64,000 nucleotides of DNA from a virus: IMG/VR virus record IMGVR_UViG_3300021378_000004; one strand, 5' to 3'. Under the pieces are notes generated by a model that was given only the letters and a program-made list of their open reading frames with translations, did no database searches and was not told where the DNA came from. The position numbers and the translations under genes are program-made. This document shows, piece by piece, positions 19,896 through 29,329 of this stretch (positions are counted from its first letter, which is position 1; each line of letters starts with the position of its first letter).

Positions 19896-19967
19896 TTAAC
19901 ATGTTAATAACAAAAATGAAAAAAAGTGAAAATAACTGTGTACATTTGCAAAAAAGTATGGTATAAT
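19896..19967 (+). promoter_or_regulatory. TTAACATGTTAA palindrome, A-tracts and early promoter
   Basis: Palindrome 19896-19907; TGTACA-N17-TATAAT 19939-19967. Confidence 0.8.
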
Positions 19968-19999
19968 ATAGCTATAAGATTAAAAAAGAGGAGTTTCTT

Positions 20000-20356
20000 A
20001 TGGACAAACAATTAGAATTATTTACAAATGACTGGGGAATTAACTCAGGTTTCAAGAATTTAGCTGATCAGCTAAACGATCTCTTACCTTTTCAAGGTAA
20101 AGTCCAATTTTCAAGATCAAAGAATAAACAATTAGAAAAGTTTAGAAAAGCTCAAAACTTATTGTATGATCTTTTTAATAACGCTCTTATGAATAGAAGA
20201 TCCGAATTTAAATCTTTCTTCGGTTTTGTACCAATTAACACTTCAAGATATTCTTATCCTGTTACTGCTGAAAGATGGACACAAGTAGAAAACGAAATGG
20301 CTGTGTACATGAATAAAATTATTTGTGATGCTGCAGCAGAACAAGGAGTTAAATAA
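20000..20356 (+). CDS. Hypothetical early protein
   Basis: GAGGAG SD after the promoter; YDLFNN motif. Confidence 0.7.
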   Translation: MDKQLELFTNDWGINSGFKNLADQLNDLLPFQGKVQFSRSKNKQLEKFRKAQNLLYDLFNNALMNRRSEFKSFFGFVPINTSRYSYPVTAERWTQVENEMAVYMNKIICDAAAEQGVK

Positions 20357-20598
20357 TGGCTAAAGAGATGATTGAAGATGTTGTAAGATTTGATAACATT
20401 ATATATGTTGGCGACTTAGTAGAAACCAAGTATGGCGCTTGTAGAATTAAAAAGATAGAGTTAATGCCTGAAAAAAGACATTTCTCTAAGTGTGGAATAA
20501 ATGTAAATAAAATGTTTACATCCATGATAGATCAGTGTATAATAGATCTAGATAACAGACATTTTGTATATGGAGATGAAATTGAAAGAATCGGTTAG
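20356..20598 (+). CDS. Hypothetical protein
   Basis: TAATG translational coupling to the upstream gene. Confidence 0.6.
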   Translation: MAKEMIEDVVRFDNIIYVGDLVETKYGACRIKKIELMPEKRHFSKCGINVNKMFTSMIDQCIIDLDNRHFVYGDEIERIG

Positions 20599-20905
20599 AG
20601 TATTAAATGAATGTGTTGCATTACAGAATAAAAAGTCTGATGACTATCAGAATAAAGATTCGAATGTAACTCAAGCAATGCATTATCGTCGTGGTGTTGA
20701 TAGCATACACGATATAATTCAAGGTAAATGCTATCGTGCACAATCTATATTAGAAAGTCAAGGTGATCCAAACTTTGAATCACTCGAAGATACTTACAAA
20801 GATATAATTAATTATTGTTCATTTGCAGTATCTTATATGCGTGGTAAGATGGACGGCCAAAAAATGGATAGAGATATGTACAATAAGTTAAAAGGTAAAA
20901 TATAA
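20576..20905 (+). CDS. Nucleotide-modification-associated all-alpha protein (DUF1599/Nmad1-like)
   Basis: KKSDDY...K..R....NFESLEDTYKDIINY pattern; directly upstream of the dCMP hydroxymethylase. Confidence 0.65.
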   Translation: MKLKESVRVLNECVALQNKKSDDYQNKDSNVTQAMHYRRGVDSIHDIIQGKCYRAQSILESQGDPNFESLEDTYKDIINYCSFAVSYMRGKMDGQKMDRDMYNKLKGKI

Positions 20906-21594
20906 TGATTAGTTATGATATGATAAAAACTGATGATATACGATCTTACTTCTATACTGAACTAAGACAAGAAAATTTTATTACTGATAAAAATGGCGGT
21001 AAACTAATTGAAATGCTTGGTGCATGTTTTATTGCAGATAAACCATCTATATTTGGTACACCTAAAGAAGATTATATTAAAAGAGAAATTGCTTGGTATA
21101 GCAGTCAAATTGGTAATGTGAATGCAATAGAAGGTGATACACCTGAAGCATGGAAATTAGCTGCTAATGATTATGGTCAAGTCAATTCAAACTATGGTCA
21201 ACTTATTTGGTCTGATAAATACTTCAACCAATACGGTAGAACATTAGATGAATTGCTACAAACCCCAGATGGCCGTAGAGCCACTATGGTTTATAACAGA
21301 CCAAGCATATGGGAGGAATACAATGAAGAAGGTAAAAGTGATTTCATATGCACTAATGCCGTTACTTATTATATACGTAATGATAAGTTATTCGCCGTTG
21401 TTCAAATGCGCTCAAACGATGTCGTGTTCGGATACAAGAATGACTATGCTTGGCAGCTTTATGTTCTAGAATTATTGGTTGAAGACTACAATCAATGTAA
21501 GAACGAAAGTATAGAACCAATTTCATGTGGTGATATTATATGGCAAGTTCAAAATATGCATGTTTACGAAAGGCATTTTCATCTTGTCAAATAA
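20905..21594 (+). CDS. gp42: dCMP hydroxymethylase (thymidylate synthase fold, T4 gp42-like)
   Basis: REIAWY, NSNYG, SDFICTN (catalytic Cys), MRSNDVVFGYKNDYAW (Asp at the dCMP-specificity position as in T4 gp42), HVYERHF; a separate thyX is present. Confidence 0.88.
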   Translation: MISYDMIKTDDIRSYFYTELRQENFITDKNGGKLIEMLGACFIADKPSIFGTPKEDYIKREIAWYSSQIGNVNAIEGDTPEAWKLAANDYGQVNSNYGQLIWSDKYFNQYGRTLDELLQTPDGRRATMVYNRPSIWEEYNEEGKSDFICTNAVTYYIRNDKLFAVVQMRSNDVVFGYKNDYAWQLYVLELLVEDYNQCKNESIEPISCGDIIWQVQNMHVYERHFHLVK

Positions 21595-22021
21595 GTGGGA
21601 TAAAAGATTTTTAGAAATGGCAAAGCTTGTAGCTTCGTGGTCAAAAGATCCATCAACACAAGTTGGTTCAGTTGCTGTAAGAAATAGAACTGTTATAGCT
21701 CAAGGTTATAATGGTTTTCCTCGAGGCGTAGATGATCATGAATTATATTATTTAAACAGAGCAATAAAATACAAACGTATAGTTCATGCAGAAATGAATG
21801 CAATTTATAATGCAGCAGAAAATGGTGTATCATTAAAAGATTCTACAATATATGTGATAGGATTGCCAATATGCCATGATTGTGCAAAAGGCCTAATACA
21901 AGCTGGCATAAGTAGAGTTGTTACGCCAGAACAAGAAATACCAGAAAATTGGCAAGATTCAATAACAACTTCAATATCAATGTTTAAAGAAGCTGGTGTA
22001 ATATGGGATTGGATAAAATGA
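21584..22021 (+). CDS. cd: dCMP deaminase (probable TTG start)
   Basis: SKDPSTQVG, GYNGFPRG, HAEMNA, PICHDC. Confidence 0.93.
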   Translation: MSNKWDKRFLEMAKLVASWSKDPSTQVGSVAVRNRTVIAQGYNGFPRGVDDHELYYLNRAIKYKRIVHAEMNAIYNAAENGVSLKDSTIYVIGLPICHDCAKGLIQAGISRVVTPEQEIPENWQDSITTSISMFKEAGVIWDWIK

Positions 22022-22034
22022 AAAGGATAACATT

Positions 22035-23147
22035 ATGAAAATACTTGTAACAGGAATGAATAAAAATCAAGTCACAGAGAATTTTTATTTAAAACAACAA
22101 TTAAGAGTAGTGCCTTCACATTATTCTTTACTACGATGTTTAAGAGATATGGGTCATACTGTTGAACAAAGATTAGTGAAAATTGGAGAAGACTTATCTT
22201 CATATGATAGAGTTATTTGTTTCTTAGCTTCACCAAGACAAGCGTTACAACTTACATTTTATAATGGTTTATGGGCAATACACGATACTCCAAAAGATAA
22301 ATTAATATTGGCATTTGATGATTGGCAAACAGATGGAATATTCAAAGGCATTCTTTCATGTACTGATAAAGAATCGCTTTTAAAAGAATTTACTATAAAT
22401 CAAAGCACAACAGATCCAGATATTAGTAGAGAGTTATTAGAACCTCATACTGATGTTTTATTAGATGCAATAAAATACATTGGTGAAAAGAAATCACGTA
22501 TTTTACTTTCTGTATTTGCTGGTGGTGATATGACTAAACTTATTGAATACGATCCAAGTTTGTTATTTGGTTATAATCCAAATCCTTATCATAGAAATAG
22601 AGTACCAGGTAATAGAAGTGATATTCAAAAAAGCGAAATGAATTTCATGGAAGCACAACTTATACCAACTAAAGAAGAAGATGAAGTATCTTGGTTTAAC
22701 AAAGAAAAATGTTTTAACTTTGCTTCTTTAGTTCAAGGTAGAACTGCTAAATGGTTAAAGAAACAAAATATTAGTAAATGGAAAATAGAATATTTTGGTT
22801 CAAGAAAAGAAAAACAAAGACGCTTGTCTGAAGAAGACATGTGTAAAGTTTATGGAGAACAATGGGGTTGCTTAATGCCAGGGTATGAACATGCCGGATC
22901 TGGTTGGTGGAGAGCAAGACCTTTACAAGTTACTGATGCTGGTTCAATCTTGATTGGCGATTACAACGAACTTATAGTATTATTTGATAATGAAGAAGCA
23001 GCATCAGTAAAAGCTTCTGATCTTGAAGAATTATCAGACTACCAACTAATACAGCTAGCCGCACTACAAAAAAGCTCGATATATACTAAACATCCTTTAA
23101 ATAAAGAAACACAACAGAATGAATTAAAGAAAGCTTTAAACATATGA
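22035..23147 (+). CDS. DNA glycosyltransferase, T4 beta-glucosyltransferase-like (GT-B)
   Basis: N-terminus MKILVTGM..VVPS...LRDMGHTV...DLSSYDRVI resembles, from memory, T4 BGT (MKIAIINMG..TVPS...SEMGLNV...DVNDYDRLI); sits in the hmC cluster. Confidence 0.7.
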   Translation: MKILVTGMNKNQVTENFYLKQQLRVVPSHYSLLRCLRDMGHTVEQRLVKIGEDLSSYDRVICFLASPRQALQLTFYNGLWAIHDTPKDKLILAFDDWQTDGIFKGILSCTDKESLLKEFTINQSTTDPDISRELLEPHTDVLLDAIKYIGEKKSRILLSVFAGGDMTKLIEYDPSLLFGYNPNPYHRNRVPGNRSDIQKSEMNFMEAQLIPTKEEDEVSWFNKEKCFNFASLVQGRTAKWLKKQNISKWKIEYFGSRKEKQRRLSEEDMCKVYGEQWGCLMPGYEHAGSGWWRARPLQVTDAGSILIGDYNELIVLFDNEEAASVKASDLEELSDYQLIQLAALQKSSIYTKHPLNKETQQNELKKALNI

Positions 23148-24154
23148 AAATATTAGTAGTAGGTGCAGGTTTCTCTGGTGCAGTAGTTGCACACAAATTA
23201 GCAAACGCTGGCCATGATATACACGTCATAGATGAAAGAAACCACATTGGTGGTAATGCTTATGACTATACAAATAAAAGAGGAATACGAATTCATAAGT
23301 ATGGTCCTCATTTATTTCATACAAACAACGAAAAAGTTTATAACTGGGTTACACAATTTGGCGAATGGGAACCATACAAACATAAAGTCAAAGCACAGCT
23401 TGACGATGGTAGGTATGTAACATTACCAGTTAACAAAGAAACACAAGATATAGTAGGTAAAGAAAATATTGTAAGTACTTTCTTTGCACCATACACATAT
23501 AAAATGTGGGGTAAAACTATAGAAGAATTAGATCCATCTATTCTTAAAAGAGTACCAGTACGTGATGACGATAACGAATATTACTTTCCTAATGACGAAT
23601 ATCAAGTATTGCCAAAAAATGGTTACACCGCGGTATTTGAAGAAATACTAGATCATAAAAATATTAAAGTAGATTTATCAGTAAGATTTAGTAGAAGTAT
23701 GGAAAAAGATTTTGATCATATTTTTAATGCTATGCCAATAGATGATTACTTTAATTATTCTTATGGTGCCTTGCCATATCGCTCAATTAAGTTTCATCAT
23801 GTTGACATACCTATGACAAAAGTATTACCGACTGGTACAGTTAATTTTACACATGATGGTCCTTATACTCGAGTCACTGAATGGAAGAATCTACCGTGTC
23901 ATGGTATAAATAATCAATACACAACACTCACATACGAAGAACCTTGTGATTACCTAGTCAACAATCAAGAAAGATATTATCCAGTAAAAGATGTTGATGG
24001 TAACAACCGAATTAAATACGAACAATATAAAAAACTAATTCGTTCAAATATGACGTTTATAGGTCGTTGTGGAATGTATGTCTACGTAGATATGCATCAA
24101 GCAATTAATTCAGCACTAGCTATATCTGATAAATTTATGGAGAAAAATACATGA
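23144..24154 (+). CDS. glf: UDP-galactopyranose mutase
   Basis: VVGAGFSG, HIGGNAYD, HKYGPHLFHT, YTYKMWG, LPYRS, TRVTEWK, YYPV, GRCGMY. Confidence 0.93.
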   Translation: MKILVVGAGFSGAVVAHKLANAGHDIHVIDERNHIGGNAYDYTNKRGIRIHKYGPHLFHTNNEKVYNWVTQFGEWEPYKHKVKAQLDDGRYVTLPVNKETQDIVGKENIVSTFFAPYTYKMWGKTIEELDPSILKRVPVRDDDNEYYFPNDEYQVLPKNGYTAVFEEILDHKNIKVDLSVRFSRSMEKDFDHIFNAMPIDDYFNYSYGALPYRSIKFHHVDIPMTKVLPTGTVNFTHDGPYTRVTEWKNLPCHGINNQYTTLTYEEPCDYLVNNQERYYPVKDVDGNNRIKYEQYKKLIRSNMTFIGRCGMYVYVDMHQAINSALAISDKFMEKNT

Positions 24155-24900
24155 AAGTAGCAATCACAGGATCAAGAGGTTTCATTGGAAGTCACCTTAA
24201 AACAAGACTTGAATCAGAAGGACATGAAGTTGTTGAATGGGATTTAAAACAAAATCCAGCTAAATGCATAAAAGATTTTACTCCTGATGAAATTAACTAT
24301 TGTATACACCTTGCAGCATACGCTGATGTGAGAGCAAGTATAGAAGATCCTCAAAAATATTGGAGAAATAATGTAGAGAATACTACAAGAATACAATTAA
24401 TTTGTCATCATAATAATATACCATTACTATATGCATCTTCATCATGTATTCATAATTGGTGGTTATCACCATATGGCGTAAGTAAAAAAGTAAATGAAGA
24501 AACAGCTTATGAAAAACAAGTTGGATTAAGATTTACTACAGTTTATGGTGATGGCGCTAGAGAGTCAATGCTTATCGGTAAACTCATTGATGGTACAGTT
24601 CAGTATCTCACGAGACACGTAAGAGACTTTGTACATGTTAGTGATGTTGTAGATGCAATACTTATTCTTATGAGTAAAGATATCGGTATGTTAAAACCTG
24701 CTTATGATATCGGTACTGGTGAAGGAAACGTTGTAGAAGAACTTGGTATCATTGCTGGTTGGGAAGGTATCGAAGTACGAGATGGCGATGCTTGTGAAGC
24801 ACAAGATAATACTGCAGATATAACAGAGATGAAAGCATTAGGGTGGAATCCTAAAGTTAAAGTAGATGAATATCTTATTACTAATACAGTACCTCACTAA
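24151..24900 (+). CDS. NAD-dependent epimerase/dehydratase (extended SDR)
   Basis: ITGSRGFIG, HLAA, YASSS, PYGVSK, LRFTTVYG, RDFVHV. Confidence 0.9.
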   Translation: MKVAITGSRGFIGSHLKTRLESEGHEVVEWDLKQNPAKCIKDFTPDEINYCIHLAAYADVRASIEDPQKYWRNNVENTTRIQLICHHNNIPLLYASSSCIHNWWLSPYGVSKKVNEETAYEKQVGLRFTTVYGDGARESMLIGKLIDGTVQYLTRHVRDFVHVSDVVDAILILMSKDIGMLKPAYDIGTGEGNVVEELGIIAGWEGIEVRDGDACEAQDNTADITEMKALGWNPKVKVDEYLITNTVPH

Positions 24901-26099
24901 TGAGATTCGCCAGTATAATACCACTTATAGGTGGAGCAACACTTGCAATGCAAAATGTTTTGCAAAGAAAGCCAGAGTATTTATTAAGTTATGATGTTTT
25001 TAAAGAAAATGATAATCACTTGGTACAATATTATAAAGGAGCAGTTCCCTATCATCTTTATGGAGACAATGGGGTTCCTAACTTACCTAATGTTGAGGTT
25101 ATTAATACTGTATGCCCATGTGCTGGTCTTAGCAGTCTTAGTCCTTCAGCTAGTAGCGATGCTGCTGCTAACGATTGGATGCTTACCTCTGCTAATCTTG
25201 TCTTGGGTACACTCAAACCTCACGTATTCTGGGGAGAAAACGCACCAGGACTTGCTTCGAACATCGGAAAACCAGTTGTTGCAAAACTTAGAAAAGTTGC
25301 AGAAAAGTTTGGGTACACTTTCTCAATATATAAAACGAAGTCTATCCTTCATGGATTAGGTCAAGTAAGAAACAGAACTTTCTATTTCTTTTGGAAAGGT
25401 GATAAGGTACCTAAGTTTGAATTTATAAAAAGAGAACATGAGAAAATTGATGAGACTATTAGATCAATAAAAAGAAGATCTGACGATCCAATGAATATTC
25501 TTACTAATAAAACAACGCCTTCAGACAATCCATTTTATAAGTACGTTCTAGAAGAAATGTGTGGTGGAATTGGTCATAAAGAATTTGTTGAAAAGAAAAT
25601 AACAAGATCTCAAAACGCAATGGATTACATCGAATGGAACGGTGGAAACTATAAAAGCGTATCAAAATGGATGGATGCTCAAGGATTTGATAAACTTGCT
25701 GAAAGATGTAGAAAAATACATAGTAAGTTAGCTCAAGGCGGAAACATTATGAGAAAGCTTGTGCATTTTCCAAAAGAAACTATTGGTGCATTTGTTGGCC
25801 ATATGCCAAATCAACTTACACATCCAGATGAAGATAGATTTCTGACTGTAAGAGAATGTATGTCAATAATGAAATTACCTGAAGACTTTACGTTACAAGG
25901 TGGACTAAAGAATTTAAATCATATATGCCAAAACGTGCCTGTTACTACAGCCGAAGATATGGCTGAGCATGTACAAAAGTTTGTAGACGGTAGATTAGGA
26001 AATCAAATGCTAGATACAAATTTTTTAATTCAAGATAACACAAATAAAAAGTTAAATTTTGAAAAAAACAGTGTACAATTAGATGCTTTTATGGTATAA
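24900..26099 (+). CDS. C5-cytosine DNA methyltransferase-like protein with atypical motif I
   Basis: Motif IV CPCAGLS, VI GENA, VIII QVRNRTF, IX RFLTVREC, X QNVPV; motif I reads IPLIGG instead of FxGxGG. Confidence 0.75.
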   Translation: MRFASIIPLIGGATLAMQNVLQRKPEYLLSYDVFKENDNHLVQYYKGAVPYHLYGDNGVPNLPNVEVINTVCPCAGLSSLSPSASSDAAANDWMLTSANLVLGTLKPHVFWGENAPGLASNIGKPVVAKLRKVAEKFGYTFSIYKTKSILHGLGQVRNRTFYFFWKGDKVPKFEFIKREHEKIDETIRSIKRRSDDPMNILTNKTTPSDNPFYKYVLEEMCGGIGHKEFVEKKITRSQNAMDYIEWNGGNYKSVSKWMDAQGFDKLAERCRKIHSKLAQGGNIMRKLVHFPKETIGAFVGHMPNQLTHPDEDRFLTVRECMSIMKLPEDFTLQGGLKNLNHICQNVPVTTAEDMAEHVQKFVDGRLGNQMLDTNFLIQDNTNKKLNFEKNSVQLDAFMV

Positions 26100-26100
26100 T
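26072..26100 (+). promoter_or_regulatory. Early promoter of uvsX
   Basis: TGTACA-N17-TATAAT overlapping the end of the upstream gene. Confidence 0.7.
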
Positions 26101-26126
26101 ATAACTATTATTTGTAGGAGAAATGA

Positions 26127-27167
26127 ATGTCGATAATGGATAAACTTAAGAAGAATAGTAAAGTTGATTTTACTTCAATACTTGCTGATTCTAAATTTTT
26201 TAATGATAAAGACATGGTGCCAACTGACGTACCAATGATTAACGTAGCTTTGTCTGGCTCAGTAGATGGTGGTTTAGCACCAGGACTTACAGTACTTGCA
26301 GGTCCATCTAAACATTTTAAAACTTCATTTGCACTTATTATGGCTGCAGCATATTTAAAAAAATATGATGATGCTGTATTATTGTTTTATGATTCAGAGT
26401 TTGGTTCACCTCAAGCATACTTTGAAAATTATGGTATTGATACAACAAGAGTATTGCATACACCTATTACTAATGTTGAGGAACTTAAATTTGATATTAT
26501 AGCACAACTTGAAGGTTTAGATAGAAACGATAAAGTTGTAATAGTTATTGATTCAGTTGGTAACCTAGCATCTAAAAAAGAATTAGATGATGCTATTAAC
26601 GAAAAATCAGTTGCAGATATGTCAAGAGCAAAAGCACTTAAAGGTTTATTTAGAATGACTACACCATATCTAAATATGAAAAACATACCATTAATTGCAG
26701 TTAACCACACTTATCAAGAGATAGGATTATTTCCAAAAGCTGTAGTTTCTGGTGGTACTGGTATTTACTATAGTGCCGATAATATATGGATCCTTGGCCG
26801 TCAACAAGACAAACAAGGTACTGAAATTAAAGGTTACCATTTTGTAATCAATGTGGAGAAATCAAGATATGTTAAAGAAAAGTCTAAAATACCTATTTCT
26901 GTTAGTTGGGACGGTGGTGTCCAGCATTGGAGTGGCTTGCTTGACGCTGCTTTGTCTGGTAATTATGTTTCTAAGCCCAGTGTTGGTTGGTACTGTAGGG
27001 TTGATAAAACTACTGGAGAATTGGTGGATCCAAAGGTTCGAGAAAAAGACACACTAAGTGCAGACTTTTGGAAACCTATTATGGAAGATACTGATTTTAA
27101 ACAATACTTAACAAATAAGTATTCAATTGTAAATAAATCTGCAATGATAGACAAAGAAGTTGAATAA
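26127..27167 (+). CDS. uvsX: RecA-like recombinase UvsX
   Basis: AGPSKHFKT, YDSEFG, IDSVGNLASKKE, SGGTG. Confidence 0.97.
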   Translation: MSIMDKLKKNSKVDFTSILADSKFFNDKDMVPTDVPMINVALSGSVDGGLAPGLTVLAGPSKHFKTSFALIMAAAYLKKYDDAVLLFYDSEFGSPQAYFENYGIDTTRVLHTPITNVEELKFDIIAQLEGLDRNDKVVIVIDSVGNLASKKELDDAINEKSVADMSRAKALKGLFRMTTPYLNMKNIPLIAVNHTYQEIGLFPKAVVSGGTGIYYSADNIWILGRQQDKQGTEIKGYHFVINVEKSRYVKEKSKIPISVSWDGGVQHWSGLLDAALSGNYVSKPSVGWYCRVDKTTGELVDPKVREKDTLSADFWKPIMEDTDFKQYLTNKYSIVNKSAMIDKEVE

Positions 27168-27501
27168 AATGAAACTAAATATTAATGATATTGGCGGTGA
27201 AATCGTAAAAGACAATGATACGTATCTTCTTAAAGATAACACAACTTTAAAAAATCTAGTACTAAGTAGTACTAGATTACATCCATTAAAATCCACAACT
27301 GGTCATAAGCATGATGGCCAAGAAGAAGTATACTTTTTTGTTGATGGCATTGGTAAGATGTATCTAAATGATGTACCGCAAGATATTGCTGCAGGCGACA
27401 TCGTGTTAATTGAAGATGGCATACATCATAGAGTATTAAATACTCACCGAAAAAAACCATTAATCTTTAATTGTATATTTCAAGGAAAAAGGAATCACTA
27501 A
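27160..27501 (+). CDS. Cupin domain protein
   Basis: GHKHDGQEEVYFF...GDIVLIEDGIHHRV. Confidence 0.85.
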   Translation: MNKMKLNINDIGGEIVKDNDTYLLKDNTTLKNLVLSSTRLHPLKSTTGHKHDGQEEVYFFVDGIGKMYLNDVPQDIAAGDIVLIEDGIHHRVLNTHRKKPLIFNCIFQGKRNH

Positions 27502-27803
27502 TGCAAGAAGGCGTAGATTATGAAATTATTCCAGATAAAGCTGATGAGCAATCTTGGAACGTGAGAATTCTTAAAGGATTATTTACCGAAACAGTTCTTA
27601 AATACGGAACTGTACGGTTTAATGAAATACCAAAAAATATGTCATTTAATTTTGATATAATATATTCGCCTGACAGCGAGTTAACCGTAAACGATGTTAA
27701 TTTACAAGACTTTGCTGGAGCTTTACTTGAAAAAGTTATGGCTAGAGGTATTGAAGAAGGAAGTATTGTTACAAAGGAGATAGAAAATGGCCGAAGTGAG
27801 TAA
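27501..27803 (+). CDS. Hypothetical protein (gp40 position between uvsX and gp41)
   Basis: Probable start MQEGVDY; function inferred from synteny only. Confidence 0.55.
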   Translation: MQEGVDYEIIPDKADEQSWNVRILKGLFTETVLKYGTVRFNEIPKNMSFNFDIIYSPDSELTVNDVNLQDFAGALLEKVMARGIEEGSIVTKEIENGRSE

Positions 27804-27972
27804 AACCGCAAGACTATTATTATTAATGGATGAAATTTCCATTGCAAAAAGTAAATTACAACCGCATGATACTGGACATATTCACACATCAATTAGCTAC
27901 TTACAAAGCAGAGTTGATGAAGTGAAAAGTGAAATTGATCAAGAGTTAAAGAAAGTTGCATATGCCCACTAA
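27787..27972 (+). CDS. Hypothetical protein
   Basis: AGGAG SD; QPHDTGHIHTSISYL. Confidence 0.55.
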   Translation: MAEVSKTARLLLLMDEISIAKSKLQPHDTGHIHTSISYLQSRVDEVKSEIDQELKKVAYAH

Positions 27973-29329
27973 TTTAGAACAAACTATATTACGTAATCTT
28001 TTAACAGATGAAGATTACATGCGTAAGGTGTTACCGTTTATAAAGCCTGATTATTTTGTTGGAATATACAGAGTATTGTTTAATGAAGCTGGTAAGTTTG
28101 TTGCTAAATATAATAAGTTGCCAACTGGCGAATCATTTAAGATTGAATTAGATCAATCAGAAAAATTAAGTGAAGAGCAATATAGCATGGCAATTGATAT
28201 TGTACCACAACTTTTTAATAAAAATGATGTTGATGAAAATTGGTTACTTGATACTACTGAAAAGTGGTGTCAAGATCGAGCAATATACAACGCTATTATG
28301 GAATCAATATCAATTATTGATGGTAAACACGAACAATTAACAAAAGGTGCTTTACCTGATTTATTAAGTAAAGCACTTGGTGTAGGATTTGATCTTAAAG
28401 TTGGTCACGACTATACAGAAAATGTGGAAGAAAGATATGACTTCTATCATACAGAAGAAGATAGACTACCATTTGATTTAGAATACTTTAATACTATCAC
28501 TAAAGGTGGTGTTCCACGTAAAACTCTTAATATTGCTTTGGCTGGTACTGGTGTTGGTAAATCTCTTTTTATGTGTCACGTTGCCGCTTCATCTTTAGTT
28601 CAAGGCCATAACGTATTATACATTACAATGGAAATGGCTGAAGAAAGAATAGCAGAAAGAATCGATGCTAACTTACTTAATGTACCTATTGATCAATTAG
28701 ATAAATTATCAAAAGATATGTTTACTACAAAAGTAAATGACATTGCGCGTAAAACAACTGGTAAATTAATCATAAAAGAATATCCTACTGGTTCTGCACA
28801 TTCAGGTCATTTCAGAGCATTACTTAATGAACTTAAATTAAAAAGACAATTTGAACCAGATCTTATCTTTATTGATTATCTTAATATATGTTCAAGTTCT
28901 AGAATGAAAGCAATGGGAGGATCAATCAATTCATACACTTACATTAAAGCAATTGCTGAAGAATTACGTGGCCTTGCGGTCGAATTTAACGTACCGATCT
29001 TTTCTGCAACGCAAACGACTCGTTCTGGTTTTAGTAACTCGGATGTTGGGCTTGAAGATACAAGTGAGTCTTTTGGATTACCCGCAACAGCCGATCTAAT
29101 GTTTGCATTGATATCTACCGAAGAACTAGAAAAACAAGGCCAGTTTATGGTTAAACAATTAAAGAACAGATATAATGATCCAACAGCTCATAAAAGATTT
29201 GTGGTTGGTGTAGATCGTAGTAAAATGCGACTATACGATGTAGAAGAAACAGAACAAACATTAACAGACGATTCGCCAGTATTCGATAAAACTCCAACTG
29301 GCGAAAGATTTAAGGATTTTAAGTTATGA
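27956..29329 (+). CDS. gp41: Replicative helicase gp41
   Basis: LAGTGVGKS, ITMEMAEERIAERIDAN, IDYLNI, SESFGLPATAD, QLKNRY. Confidence 0.97.
   Translation: MHMPTNLEQTILRNLLTDEDYMRKVLPFIKPDYFVGIYRVLFNEAGKFVAKYNKLPTGESFKIELDQSEKLSEEQYSMAIDIVPQLFNKNDVDENWLLDTTEKWCQDRAIYNAIMESISIIDGKHEQLTKGALPDLLSKALGVGFDLKVGHDYTENVEERYDFYHTEEDRLPFDLEYFNTITKGGVPRKTLNIALAGTGVGKSLFMCHVAASSLVQGHNVLYITMEMAEERIAERIDANLLNVPIDQLDKLSKDMFTTKVNDIARKTTGKLIIKEYPTGSAHSGHFRALLNELKLKRQFEPDLIFIDYLNICSSSRMKAMGGSINSYTYIKAIAEELRGLAVEFNVPIFSATQTTRSGFSNSDVGLEDTSESFGLPATADLMFALISTEELEKQGQFMVKQLKNRYNDPTAHKRFVVGVDRSKMRLYDVEETEQTLTDDSPVFDKTPTGERFKDFKL

Noticed and set aside
20905-21594. Thymidylate synthase ThyA or dUMP hydroxymethylase
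   Set aside because: Asp at the specificity position and T4 gp42-like motifs; thyX is present separately
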